Virus record (IMG/VR): IMGVR_UViG_3300049988_000245
Span: 64,001 to 128,000 of that record
Length of the DNA: 64,000 nucleotides
Source: a virus
Lineage: Duplodnaviria; Caudoviricetes
Strand: one strand, 5' to 3'
Shown: positions 27,564 through 37,308 of the stretch, piece by piece
Layout: each line of letters begins with the position of its first letter
Position numbering within the stretch: the first letter of the stretch is position 1
Notes under the pieces: model-generated
What the model was told of the DNA's origin: nothing
The model's input: the letters and a program-made list of their open reading frames with translations, nothing else
The model's database searches: none
Translations under genes and position numbers: made by a program

Positions 27564-28127
27564 ATGAAAACACCGCGTAGTATCTCCACCGTTTGTGCAA
27601 ATTGTTCCGTAGATTTTCTAAAAGCAAAAAAAGAGTACGATCGACAAATTCGGGAGGGAAGATCGTATTTCTTCTGTAGTCGATCTTGTAATACATCCCA
27701 CTCTAACAAGATGGCTTCACCGGAACGAGTGGAGGCAAGCCGTAAAAGGCTTACTCAGGCCCGCCTGGACGGTCTTATCCCGCCTCGAACAAGAGATGAG
27801 TCTTCTCCATATCGTTATTACATCAGAAAATCGAAATGTCGCGGTGTTGAAAGCAACCTCACAATATCCTACTTAAAATCTCTGTGGGAATATCAAGAAG
27901 GAAGATGCGTTTACTCGCACGTCGATTTGATACTTAATGAGTATGTTTCCACCAAGCGGCAGGATATACGATTCCTGGCCTCGTTGGACCGAATCGATTC
28001 GACCAAAGGCTACATCGAAGGAAACGTTCAATTCATTTCTGCTTGCATGAATTACGGCAAAAGCACTTTGACAGACTCGCAGTTTCGAGAGCTACTTGAA
28101 ATATTGAGGTCTTCAAACCGTAAGTAA
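27564..28127 (+). CDS. HNH endonuclease with N-terminal Zn finger
   Basis: CANC..FCSRSC; CVYS..SLDRIDSTKGYIEGNVQ..MN. Confidence 0.85.
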   Translation: MKTPRSISTVCANCSVDFLKAKKEYDRQIREGRSYFFCSRSCNTSHSNKMASPERVEASRKRLTQARLDGLIPPRTRDESSPYRYYIRKSKCRGVESNLTISYLKSLWEYQEGRCVYSHVDLILNEYVSTKRQDIRFLASLDRIDSTKGYIEGNVQFISACMNYGKSTLTDSQFRELLEILRSSNRK

Positions 28128-28425
28128 AGGATTTTCCGAATACGGCCTCCTTTGGTCCAGGCAGACCTCTGGTAGGGTTTTCACACGTGCCTGCGCGCTA
28201 CTTATCTGCTGACCGCATCCGGGAAAGTCTCTGTTGTGCGCGCTTCGTATCACCCTCCCTGGTGACAGCAGCCTTGCGGTAGTCCCCCTGTGGGGTCCGG
28301 GCGCGGACAACGATTCTGATATTAACCGAAACGTATCTTGAACTCAAATGCTAAGTTTGGGTGATCCAAGCGAAAGCTACGCCTTCGTACCGTAGCGGGC
28401 TACTCCTCGGATTCGATATGCTATC
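28127..28425 (-). ncRNA. Unassigned structured RNA candidate
   Basis: GC-rich stretch with no convincing ORF, dense in hairpins, between AT-rich genes; TTGACA upstream on minus strand. Confidence 0.5.
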
Positions 28426-28544
28426 CGTCGCTTCTGCTGTCAAAAAACAAGGGATTAATCTTGATAGAAGGACTTGATTGATCGATTCAAGTGATTCATG
28501 ATATTGGTTGTACGAATCTGTCCAACCACGAGATGAGGCTTTTT

Positions 28545-30707
28545 ATGATTCCGTTTCGTTACGCCATTGTTCTGAAGAATCTCACTAAGGCGCAGGTCGC
28601 AGCGCTTTGTATCCATGTCGCGGGTAAAAGATTGAATATGCCTCAGATTTTTAAGATCGCGTTTGATAACGATCTAATGTCGTTGATTGACGTTCGAGTC
28701 GGAGAAGAGCTTAATTCTCCGACTTGGAAGAACTCGTATCAAGGTTCTCTTGCAAACGAGGCCAAGCTTCCCAATTCGATAATTTCTCGATTTGAGAACG
28801 ATGGTCTCATGGAATATGACGTGACCGAGTATTTCGACATCGATTTGAAGAGAATTTTTGGTCCCAATTCATGGAAGGATTATGAGAACGCTTTGAACCG
28901 CGATCCGGAGATTCAAGAAGAAATACAGACTAAGTCGATGCATGTCGCAAAAATGGATTTCTTCATCAAAAATACTCTCGACACTGCGCCGGTTGGTGTG
29001 ATGTTTCGAGAGCTTGTGATGAACGGGATTGAGGCTCCCGCGCCTGAGAGCACTACAGAGAACTATCTCCGGAGAATCCGGATTATGAGCTACGACCACT
29101 TTGGCACACCGAAGGCTATGATCGTCAACAACGGGCGTGGACTAGACCGGTTCGAGATGGACCGGATGATGGCGCTTGCCTATTCCGGTGGAAAGGAAAT
29201 GGGTACCGAGGGTCGGTTGAATCGTGGTGAGGGCGCGAAAATCGCAGCAATGCGATTTAACAGGAACGGACTGGTATGGCAGTCCCGTAAGGGCGTAGGC
29301 CCGGTTTACCAGTGTGGTCTGATGTTCAATGAGGATACGGATTCCTACGGGCGCATCTTGGCTGAGAACGGACAAACCGTATGGCCTGCACCCGAAGACG
29401 ACGCAAACCCTTTTCCTTCTGGCGACTTTGTTCGTGTCATCCTTCTTGGAAATGATGCGAAGCAAGATACTGTTTCAAATCCGTATGGGCAGAGGGACTC
29501 GGCACATACGATCACGCGAGAAATCTGGAACCGCTGGTACAAGTATCCGTCCGTCAAAGACGGCTACCGCCTCATTGTAGAAACCTCCGACAAGGTGAAC
29601 AACCGGTCCGGAAAGGCTTTCCGCCGAGCCCTGTGCCAGCACGACTTTCATCAAAATGCCGCTGCGCACAATATCACCATCGATGTTGTCACCACTTCCG
29701 GAGACGTGAAGATCGAGTTCGTCCGCGCTGAACCCCTTAGCGAAACGTTCGGCAAGACCGCCTATAGTCGGGAGTCAACCGGCGAGAACGGTTCTCGCAT
29801 GGCAATCGTTTGGCGGAACGAGATGTACGACGTTCATGCTCCCGCCAAGTGGTACCTCGAAGCCTCATCATTTGGTTTGGGACCGCTGGCGGCATCTGTC
29901 GGCGTGTTTATCCATCTCCCAGACTCTTTTGACGCTAAGGATGACAGATTCCGGAGCACGCTGGAGTCGGGGGGGCATACCGTTGTGTGCAAAGACTTTC
30001 GCGAAGTCATCTTCAACGCGCGTCCGGAATGGATCAAGAAGGCTGTTGACAAGGCCCTGAAGCAGAAGTTTGATCTCAGCGACGTTAACCAATACCTTCA
30101 GGAGCTTGCAAATTCTCTTCGCCCTCAGGCTCCGGGCGCAGAGGATAATGTCATCGATCTTCGAACCAAGCGAGGCGGCAGCGGGGGTGGGGATTCGGCG
30201 GCTAAACGTCGTACCGGTCTTTTCTCAACGCGCGGGTCCGGTGCCAAGACGGGTACACCGATTGTGGCCCCTAGCGTTCACTGGTCTACGCCGTCCGAGG
30301 AGCCTAACCTGAAGGATCGCGGTGCCTACTTCAACCGGGCGACCAATGCACTCTTTTTGAACGAGAACTATGGCCCGATCAAATCGATCGGTAATCGTAT
30401 CGAGGGGCAAATCTACCCCCCTCGCATCCAGTTGACCGACGAAGGTGTCGTCGAGCTTCGTGAGCTTGCGAAGTACGAGATTTATCGACGGTTGGGAAAG
30501 GCTGTCGGCGAACTGGTGGTACGAGGAATCGCCAAGGCTGGCGAGCAGAACTGGACCGAGGAGCAGATCGATCAGAGTGTTGGTGCTGACGCTTTGACGA
30601 TCAACACTGAGACCAACCGTGATGCCGAAATCGTCGCGGCCATCAAGGCTTCTCCGCAGTACAAGCACATCATGACCAAGGTGTCTGCGGGGCAGGCAAC
30701 GGCATGA
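28545..30707 (+). CDS. GHKL (HSP90/MORC/rIIA-like) ATPase
   Basis: FRELVMNGIEA (N box), VNNGRGLD (G1), NRGEGAKIAA (G2). Confidence 0.8.
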   Translation: MIPFRYAIVLKNLTKAQVAALCIHVAGKRLNMPQIFKIAFDNDLMSLIDVRVGEELNSPTWKNSYQGSLANEAKLPNSIISRFENDGLMEYDVTEYFDIDLKRIFGPNSWKDYENALNRDPEIQEEIQTKSMHVAKMDFFIKNTLDTAPVGVMFRELVMNGIEAPAPESTTENYLRRIRIMSYDHFGTPKAMIVNNGRGLDRFEMDRMMALAYSGGKEMGTEGRLNRGEGAKIAAMRFNRNGLVWQSRKGVGPVYQCGLMFNEDTDSYGRILAENGQTVWPAPEDDANPFPSGDFVRVILLGNDAKQDTVSNPYGQRDSAHTITREIWNRWYKYPSVKDGYRLIVETSDKVNNRSGKAFRRALCQHDFHQNAAAHNITIDVVTTSGDVKIEFVRAEPLSETFGKTAYSRESTGENGSRMAIVWRNEMYDVHAPAKWYLEASSFGLGPLAASVGVFIHLPDSFDAKDDRFRSTLESGGHTVVCKDFREVIFNARPEWIKKAVDKALKQKFDLSDVNQYLQELANSLRPQAPGAEDNVIDLRTKRGGSGGGDSAAKRRTGLFSTRGSGAKTGTPIVAPSVHWSTPSEEPNLKDRGAYFNRATNALFLNENYGPIKSIGNRIEGQIYPPRIQLTDEGVVELRELAKYEIYRRLGKAVGELVVRGIAKAGEQNWTEEQIDQSVGADALTINTETNRDAEIVAAIKASPQYKHIMTKVSAGQATA

Positions 30708-31393
30708 CGGTCAGCGTAACCCTCAAACGGGAAGACGAGATTCGAATCGTTTCCCTACACGTCGAGGCTGAGTGGCCTCTGCGGAAAATCGCAGAGACTT
30801 ACAGCACCAGCAATCATCGCGTTAAACGCATCTTGGAGCGCCACGGCGCTCCAATTCGAACCGAAGGCTGGAAGTTGGAGCCACTTTCCGAAGAACGAAA
30901 GAAACAGATTAGTAGTCAACAAAAAGGGCTTCCTTGCTGGATGCGAGGAAGAAAAATGACCGATGAACATCTTCGAAAGATGATGGCAAGTAAGTTGAAA
31001 ACAAAACGGTCTTTATCAGAATATAAAGACCTCGAACGATTGAAAATCCTTACGGGTATAACGTCCAGGCATCGAAAGATGCTGAGCTTTACCGATGAAT
31101 CGCGATTCGCGTTCATTGACAAGTTCTATTTCGATGAAGCATTCAACGCAATATATGATGCTTGGTTAGTAAACGACAAAAATAAGTGGTGGTACCCTTC
31201 GATTGATCATAAAATCCCGAAATCGTTGGGAGGATGTTTCTCCCTCGACAATCTTCAATTCTTAACTTGGTTTGAGAATCGGGCAAAGGCTGATATCCCC
31301 CAGGATCAATGGGAGGAGCTTAAGAGATTCACGAACACAAAGTCGAACCTTTTCATAGAATCCATTCTTGAATCGCGGCGACGATCTAATTGA
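30704..31393 (+). CDS. HNH endonuclease with NUMOD3-like motif
   Basis: WMRGRKMTDEH; PSIDHKIPKSLGG..LDNLQFLTWFEN; AT-rich. Confidence 0.85.
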   Translation: MTVSVTLKREDEIRIVSLHVEAEWPLRKIAETYSTSNHRVKRILERHGAPIRTEGWKLEPLSEERKKQISSQQKGLPCWMRGRKMTDEHLRKMMASKLKTKRSLSEYKDLERLKILTGITSRHRKMLSFTDESRFAFIDKFYFDEAFNAIYDAWLVNDKNKWWYPSIDHKIPKSLGGCFSLDNLQFLTWFENRAKADIPQDQWEELKRFTNTKSNLFIESILESRRRSN

Positions 31394-31763
31394 CGTAATC
31401 TCCGTCAGCGATACCTGACACTTCCATACGGGCGCGCCATCCTTCATCGAGCGGGCGCGCATCCGTATGAAGTCGGGCTTCCAGTGCATCGTTGTCCGAA
31501 TACACATGCAATACGATTGTATCATAAACCGTATACTTGGTATACCAGCTATCCGGTTTCGTATCGACAACGAATCGAATGAATTCCCAATGATATGGAA
31601 TCTCGCGGTGATCGAGATAGTTCACAAGGCGGTCTGATTCCTCCGCGTGATACCAGTAGGTAGCTCGGAGAGATCGAATCAGACATCCGTCATGGATGTG
31701 GCCGGGCGGGAACGGGTTGAAGTCGGTTCCAAATTCGTGCCAGAAAATCATGAAGCTACGCAC
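31386..31763 (-). CDS. Hypothetical protein, divergent FxLRW-family member
   Basis: VYSDNDALEARLH; heads the tandem array. Confidence 0.6.
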   Translation of the reverse strand: MRSFMIFWHEFGTDFNPFPPGHIHDGCLIRSLRATYWYHAEESDRLVNYLDHREIPYHWEFIRFVVDTKPDSWYTKYTVYDTIVLHVYSDNDALEARLHTDARPLDEGWRARMEVSGIADGDYVN

Positions 31764-32040
31764 GGCAGGTCGCTCCCCAGGTGAGTCGAAATTCGAAAGC
31801 CTGCTCAGGCGTTACGCTGGCGATCAATTCCTTGCGGCTTTCCCAATTCGGAACAGGCTCGGTCAGAACGATTCCCCGCGCTACACACCAATCCACGATG
31901 GGTTGGCCCAGGCGTTCAAAATCCTCGCGTGGCTGAACGAAAAAGTCGATCACCCAACCCTCGTCCTGCCAATCCCACTGGTTTCCGTCCCAGGACCATC
32001 CGTGGTCGAACCAGTGGACGCCCGCCTTAAGTCCATTCAT
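31756..32040 (-). CDS. FxLRW-family small protein
   Basis: WCVARG...TPEQAFEFRLTWG. Confidence 0.75.
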   Translation of the reverse strand: MNGLKAGVHWFDHGWSWDGNQWDWQDEGWVIDFFVQPREDFERLGQPIVDWCVARGIVLTEPVPNWESRKELIASVTPEQAFEFRLTWGATCRA

Positions 32041-32332
32041 CGTCGGTGACGACCGCTCCATGCCATCTGAGCTTAAACGCGACCGCCGTGGCGTAGTCTT
32101 GAAAGACGATCGCCGGAACGGAGGCCGAAGTCTTGACCGGGCAGAGCCGGTATCGATCCTGCGCGTGTTCGTCCAGCCAGCGCGCCACAGGGTTGATCGG
32201 GGAGGTCGTCGTGCAGAACGGGTATACGAGCGGGCTATCCTCGGAGAAGATCGCGCTGACCGTCCCTGCATCTCGCATCGTCCAGGGCACGCGGGGATCA
32301 CCGCCCGGATGCTCGACCAATTTGAAGCTCAT
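32027..32332 (-). CDS. FxLRW-family small protein
   Basis: WLDEH...FQDYATAVAFKLRWH. Confidence 0.8.
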   Translation of the reverse strand: MSFKLVEHPGGDPRVPWTMRDAGTVSAIFSEDSPLVYPFCTTTSPINPVARWLDEHAQDRYRLCPVKTSASVPAIVFQDYATAVAFKLRWHGAVVTDDEWT

Positions 32333-32568
32333 TGCCAGCGCATCCGGTAGGCGAACGCATCTGCGGGATCGGCGAATAGAAACACGAACAGGCCCGCCGG
32401 ATCGTAATGAGGAGCGAAGTCGCCCTTACAGAACTCTTTGCACCAATCCGACTGAGCGGAGATGAACGCAAGAATTTCACCTTCCTCACGCATTTCGATG
32501 ATCATCCGCGTTAGGTTGAGGTGTCCGTCATTCTCTTCGAGGAGCATTTCGTTGGCGTTCCGTCGCAT
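32329..32568 (-). CDS. FxLRW-family small protein
   Basis: WCKEFC...FADPADAFAYRMRWQ. Confidence 0.8.
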   Translation of the reverse strand: MRRNANEMLLEENDGHLNLTRMIIEMREEGEILAFISAQSDWCKEFCKGDFAPHYDPAGLFVFLFADPADAFAYRMRWQ

Positions 32569-32825
32569 TAGCACCATCTCATCTTAAACGCGAACGCATC
32601 GTCTTCGTAACGGAACAGGAATCCCGAGCCCTGTCGGACCCACCGGCCATTGAACCAATCGTCATGAGGGATCGGGAAATTCTCGACGCACCATGCGGCA
32701 ACCACATCGACCTGTCTCGTTCGATCCTTGATCTTTGCCAAAGATTCCTGTGAACCTCGCAGGACCATAATGAATCGATACGGGTAGATCGAGCCGTCAT
32801 TCCGATCGACTTGCCGCCAGCGCAT
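32568..32825 (-). CDS. FxLRW-family small protein
   Basis: YPY.F..WCVENF...FRYEDDAFAFKMRWC. Confidence 0.8.
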   Translation of the reverse strand: MRWRQVDRNDGSIYPYRFIMVLRGSQESLAKIKDRTRQVDVVAAWCVENFPIPHDDWFNGRWVRQGSGFLFRYEDDAFAFKMRWC

Positions 32826-32986
32826 CATCCCCACCGCATCTTGAATTCGAACGCCGTGTCCGGGTCGGAGAATGTCACACCAACGCGCCCAATGGGGAAC
32901 GTGAATCGGCCCGGCCTGGATGGTTCTTGCAGCCATTTCGTCAGATCGGGCGCGTGAGCATCGTCGAACGCTTTGCTCTTCGACAT
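32825..32986 (-). CDS. FxLRW-family small protein not in ORF track (possibly frameshifted near 33013)
   Basis: Manual translation MSKSKAFDDAHAPDLTKWLQEPSRPGRFTFPIGRVGVTFSDPDTAFEFKMRWG*. Confidence 0.7.
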   Translation of the reverse strand: MSKSKAFDDAHAPDLTKWLQEPSRPGRFTFPIGRVGVTFSDPDTAFEFKMRWG

Positions 32987-33037
32987 ATCCACGAAGATCA
33001 CGCACTCGACGAGGTGGGTACTTCTCCCAGGTTGCCA

Positions 33038-33334
33038 TCAGCCCCATCGCATCTTGAATTCGAACGCGTCCTGCTCGAACCGGAATTTGAACGAGGTCCC
33101 CTCGGAGGTCCAGCGCCATAGGTTGAGCGCACGGGCCGCCAGACGGTCATCGGTGCCGAACTGGAGACGACACCACTCGCTGGTCTCGTAGGCCGCTCTA
33201 CGGCGATCCTTGATGGTCTGGCGACGGAGGGCGATCTGCGCGGGCAGTGCGGCGAGCGCGGAGGTGTCGAGCGCGAACACGTACGGATAGCGCTCCTGTC
33301 CGACATTCGGTGGTGGGCTCATCTGCCAGCGCAT
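33038..33334 (-). CDS. FxLRW-family small protein
   Basis: YPYVF..WCRLQFG...FRFEQDAFEFKMRWG. Confidence 0.8.
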   Translation of the reverse strand: MRWQMSPPPNVGQERYPYVFALDTSALAALPAQIALRRQTIKDRRRAAYETSEWCRLQFGTDDRLAARALNLWRWTSEGTSFKFRFEQDAFEFKMRWG

Positions 33335-33594
33335 TACCCGAACCTCATCTGAAGAGCAAAGGCGTCTTCGATACGCGCGAACAGGATGGTCGAACCATGA
33401 ACGGCCCAAACAGTATTCGTCTCCGGCCCGTACTGTTCACGGCACCACTCGATCATGTCGTCTCGAAACTTGGCGCGGTCTTCCCATCCGGGAGACGCCG
33501 CCGTTCCGAAATGAGAACCCGGCGGTAGCCATATCCCATGCTGGAGTTCGGCGCCTAAACCTTCGTAGCTGAGATATTCCAGCCGGGCAGTCAT
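33334..33594 (-). CDS. FxLRW-family small protein
   Basis: WCREQYG...FARIEDAFALQMRFG. Confidence 0.8.
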   Translation of the reverse strand: MTARLEYLSYEGLGAELQHGIWLPPGSHFGTAASPGWEDRAKFRDDMIEWCREQYGPETNTVWAVHGSTILFARIEDAFALQMRFG

Positions 33595-33833
33595 CAGCAC
33601 CACCTCAGTTTGAACGCCGTGGCATCCGATTCCAGCCGGAAAAGGAATTCGCGCTGAGTCACCGTATAGGTCCAGCGATTTGGAATGGACCCGTCAAACT
33701 GTTCACCGCACCACGAAATCACTTTGGTGAACCGCCTGATATCGAGATCATGCCGATCGCGTTGATCCCGGAGCACGAACACGTACGGAAACGTGTAGTC
33801 CTGTTGATCCAGAATGAAGCGAAGCTCGTCCAT
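33594..33833 (-). CDS. FxLRW-family small protein
   Basis: WCGEQF...FRLESDATAFKLRWC. Confidence 0.8.
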   Translation of the reverse strand: MDELRFILDQQDYTFPYVFVLRDQRDRHDLDIRRFTKVISWCGEQFDGSIPNRWTYTVTQREFLFRLESDATAFKLRWC

Positions 33834-33834
33834 A

Positions 33835-34152
33835 TCAGGCCAGGACGCCGGGGGCGCCTTCTCTCAGCTTGAGATGGATGATCGTGGCGGTTCCGGGAAT
33901 CCGGTTGGTCATTCCATCGAGCCGGGGTGCCCAGACGGCGAGCGCGGACTTCGACATCTCGTACACCACCGTGGGAGTTCCGTTCTGAACCCCATAGTCA
34001 CCCTTGGAGGCGGTGTGGCCGACAGATGGTCCGGATGCCATGCCGATGTAGTTGACCTCGGATAGGAACGTCGCGCGCTCGTCCTCGGAGAGACGGTTGA
34101 GTAGACCGTCGTGGATGCACTGCTGAGCCTTTACGATTGCCTCGTAGTCCAT
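33835..34152 (-). CDS. Hypothetical protein
   Basis: GGAGG SD before ATG 34152. Confidence 0.65.
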   Translation of the reverse strand: MDYEAIVKAQQCIHDGLLNRLSEDERATFLSEVNYIGMASGPSVGHTASKGDYGVQNGTPTVVYEMSKSALAVWAPRLDGMTNRIPGTATIIHLKLREGAPGVLA

Positions 34153-34244
34153 GGAATCCTCCTGATGGATTCCAATCATATACCTCAAAACGAAAAAAGG
34201 GCAACCAGAAGGCCGCCCTTTCCTCTCGACGATTCAGTTATGGT

Positions 34245-35306
34245 TTACGCGTAGGTGAAGCACACCAGGGCGGAACCGACCGTTGCCGTGCCAGTGACGG
34301 AGAGAACGAGGTTCGTCTCGGACGTGGTCGGGAAGCGGTAGGTTGGGGTCACAACGTAGGTACCCGGAACGCTGAGATCGATGGCATTGCCGTCGAGCAG
34401 GCGAGAGAGGTTCGCGTTGTCACCAACCGTGATGTCCAGGGTTCCGTCGAACGCCGTGGTGACTTCGACGGAAATCTCGACTACGCGGGCGCCGTTGCCG
34501 ATCGAACCGAGGACGGTCGAAGCAGCGGTTGCCGGGGTCAGGATGACCGAGGAGGTCAGGGCGTCGGAGCGAGCCGAGTCCTGGGTCGCCGTGCAGACGA
34601 AGGCTGAACCGGTCCACGTGTAGGTGGCCCACTCGCCAGACGCTGCGTCGGTTGCGATGCCGGAGGCGTCGGTGACGAACACGGTGTCACCCGCGTTGAG
34701 GCCGGTGAGGGCGTCACGTGCGGCGATGGTCGGGACGATGTTGTTCTTCGAGGCTGCACCGTTCGCGGCAACGCCCTTGGCGCCGACGTAGCGGTAAGCT
34801 TCGACGTAGATGCCATCGGCCGCGACCGTGACGTTGCCGCCCGGCGAGGTCTTTGTTCCCGGAATGCCACCGATGAACGTGAGCACGCCAGCGACGGAGT
34901 CGAACACCCACTCCTCGCCGGTTTGATCCGGGAAGATACGCGCGGACTTGGTCGTATTCGGATCGCCGATGTACGCCTTGACCGCGTAGGACGAACCGAA
35001 GGTCGCCGGGATGAAGTCACCGAGGCCCGCGAGCCATGTAAGGTTCAGGGTCGAGGTGCCATCGACGGACAGCTTGACGCGGTTCGCACCGGTCAGCTTC
35101 GAAACGACCGAGGTGGACGCCGCAGGAGCGACGGCCGGGATATCGGTGGTCTTGGTCTGGGTCCAGATGTTGTCCGCGAAGATGGTGATCGGCGAGGCAA
35201 TCGTCTCGTTCGAACCGGCCTTCTTAGCGGTGGTATCCGACTTGGATACGCCGAAGGCAACCTTCTTCCAGAGTAGGTCGAGCTTTTCGGAATCAGAAAT
35301 AGCCAT
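34245..35306 (-). CDS. Virion structural protein
   Basis: MAISDSEKLDLLWKK N-terminus typical of jumbo-phage structural proteins; Thr/Ala/Gly-rich. Confidence 0.7.
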   Translation of the reverse strand: MAISDSEKLDLLWKKVAFGVSKSDTTAKKAGSNETIASPITIFADNIWTQTKTTDIPAVAPAASTSVVSKLTGANRVKLSVDGTSTLNLTWLAGLGDFIPATFGSSYAVKAYIGDPNTTKSARIFPDQTGEEWVFDSVAGVLTFIGGIPGTKTSPGGNVTVAADGIYVEAYRYVGAKGVAANGAASKNNIVPTIAARDALTGLNAGDTVFVTDASGIATDAASGEWATYTWTGSAFVCTATQDSARSDALTSSVILTPATAASTVLGSIGNGARVVEISVEVTTAFDGTLDITVGDNANLSRLLDGNAIDLSVPGTYVVTPTYRFPTTSETNLVLSVTGTATVGSALVCFTYA

Positions 35307-35322
35307 GTGTCAATTCCTCCTA

Positions 35323-37146
35323 TTAGTTCGTGAACGAAAGCGAGGTGATTGACTGACCTGCGTTCAGCTTGAAGCGAACGAGAATCTGGTTACCCGTCGA
35401 GTTCGTCGAGGACTGAGTACCGAAGGTACCAACGAAGGTGCCACCGTTACCAGACATAACCGTACCCAGGGCGCAGCCCGTGGTCGGATCGCCTGCTTCA
35501 CCGGGGACGCCCGCGCCGTCGTACGGCAGGTACATGTTCCACCAACCGTTCGCGTCAGAGCCGGACGGGGAGATGGAGGAGTTGTCCGAGACGCCCGGAA
35601 GCTTGATCTGGCAACCGGCGTAGTTACCGGCAACGACGATCGAGAACTTGGAGACGGCCGAACGGTTGAACGAGAACGTCACGTACTGGACGCCAGCCTG
35701 CGTGGACAGGTTCGGACCAGCCGGGAGGTAACCGACCGAGTAGTTGGTCTGATCGGCGCGGAGGACACCAGCGACGACAGCGGCTTCGTACGTGGCAAGA
35801 GCGACGGACGGGTCGAAGGTCGTCGCGGCAGCGGCCGGGGTATCGCCGTTCGCGGTGTTGACGCGAACCGCATTGTTGTTGTTCGGGAGAGCGCCGAGTC
35901 CGGAGACAGGTACGTTCATCTCGTAGACCTTGCCAGCCTGGGTACCAGCCATGACGAGGACGTTCGTGGCAAGACCAGCAGCGCCGGAGCCGTTGACGTT
36001 CTTAGCAGTGGCCGAGAGCGTACCGACAGCGAACACGTTCGAGCCGTTAACGTTGACGGTCACCGGGGTGATCGCCGTGGCAGCGGTGGTGTTGCGTGCG
36101 ATCGGGGTGGTGATACCCTGAGCGCCGTAGGTGTAGCTCTGAGCGCCGATGATGCCGTTTGAGCCCGAGACGACGAGCGGATCAGAACCACCGTAGTAGG
36201 TCTCGCCGGAAAGGTTGGCGACCGAGAGACCGAGCGTCAGGGTTCCGCCAGCGTTGTAGTGAGGAACACCCGAGGAGTACGAAACCGTGCCGAGGGTGCT
36301 CTGAGCCACAGTAGCCAGCGTCACAGCCGGAACCGCAGTCATACCGTCCTTGACGAAGTAGATTTCGTTGGATGCCGAAGCAGCCGTATCAGTGAGCTTG
36401 ATCTTGTTGACACCGTTCGAGGAGGTCGGACCAGCCACGGCAACATCGATCGACTTCCAGAATCCAGGGGTGGAAACCGGGTAGTCCTTCTGGTCGCTGA
36501 TCTGGAGACCGCCGAACGTACCAGCGTCGCCCGAACCGGTGAGCGTCTTAGAACCGACAACTGCGCCGTTTAGAAGGAGCGAGATGGTGCCGGAATCCCC
36601 CGGACCAACGTCATTGAGTGTGTTGGTGGTCGGATTGTTGACGATACGAGTAACCGACTGGCCAGCCGCATACGGCGAGGTGGTCGAGTTGTCCGGAACG
36701 CCGCCAGCGGCGAGGAGCGGGGTGTTACCGGTAGCGTTGTTGATCGAGATCGCGCCGTTCGGGAACTGCGGGGGCTGTGACGGGATGAGCTTCGCCAGAA
36801 CTTCGTTCAGCGAATCCACGGCGTCAGACACCTTGGTCGTATTGGTCAGTGCGATCGCGCCGGGTTGCCAGGAGCCGTCACCTTTGGAGGAAACGTCGCC
36901 TAGATTGAGATCAAATCCATCGACGTTGCCGATCGCCGTAGAGGCGTTAGACTGCACCTGCTGAAGCTGGGAGAGCGTCACGAGATCGTTCAGCGCCACG
37001 GCGTCCTTACCCTTGACGTTCGTCAGGGAGCCGGTTGCAGTGACGGCTTCGAAATGTCCCGAGTTAGCGACGAACTTAGGTCCAGCCTTACCGAACTGAA
37101 CCTGCGTACCAACGCCAACAAGGCCGAAATTCTTTGTATCAGCCAT
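35323..37146 (-). CDS. Virion structural protein (fibre/baseplate-associated)
   Basis: 607 aa, Gly/Ser/Thr/Asn-rich beta-type composition; late promoter upstream. Confidence 0.7.
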   Translation of the reverse strand: MADTKNFGLVGVGTQVQFGKAGPKFVANSGHFEAVTATGSLTNVKGKDAVALNDLVTLSQLQQVQSNASTAIGNVDGFDLNLGDVSSKGDGSWQPGAIALTNTTKVSDAVDSLNEVLAKLIPSQPPQFPNGAISINNATGNTPLLAAGGVPDNSTTSPYAAGQSVTRIVNNPTTNTLNDVGPGDSGTISLLLNGAVVGSKTLTGSGDAGTFGGLQISDQKDYPVSTPGFWKSIDVAVAGPTSSNGVNKIKLTDTAASASNEIYFVKDGMTAVPAVTLATVAQSTLGTVSYSSGVPHYNAGGTLTLGLSVANLSGETYYGGSDPLVVSGSNGIIGAQSYTYGAQGITTPIARNTTAATAITPVTVNVNGSNVFAVGTLSATAKNVNGSGAAGLATNVLVMAGTQAGKVYEMNVPVSGLGALPNNNNAVRVNTANGDTPAAAATTFDPSVALATYEAAVVAGVLRADQTNYSVGYLPAGPNLSTQAGVQYVTFSFNRSAVSKFSIVVAGNYAGCQIKLPGVSDNSSISPSGSDANGWWNMYLPYDGAGVPGEAGDPTTGCALGTVMSGNGGTFVGTFGTQSSTNSTGNQILVRFKLNAGQSITSLSFTN

Positions 37147-37203
37147 TCAAATATCTCCTAATGTATTGGAGGGTTGGCCCCGTTAATAGGCGGGGCGTAA
37201 GTG

Positions 37204-37209
37204 TATTTA
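37204..37209 (-). promoter_or_regulatory. Late promoter core TAAATA
   Basis: Upstream of the two structural genes. Confidence 0.55.
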
Positions 37210-37308
37210 GGGTGTGATAAGAACTACAAAGCAGAACAGTTAATAATTTTTAATACATTTGGCTCAAAAATAATAAATGATTCAGTATAAAGCTTGTCGG
37301 AGTAGTGC

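Noticed and set aside
28127-28425. RNase P RNA or group I/II intron
   Set aside because: Only partial look-alikes (GGGAAAGTCT, CAGAGACT); P4, P7 and domain V partners were not found, so it was left unassigned
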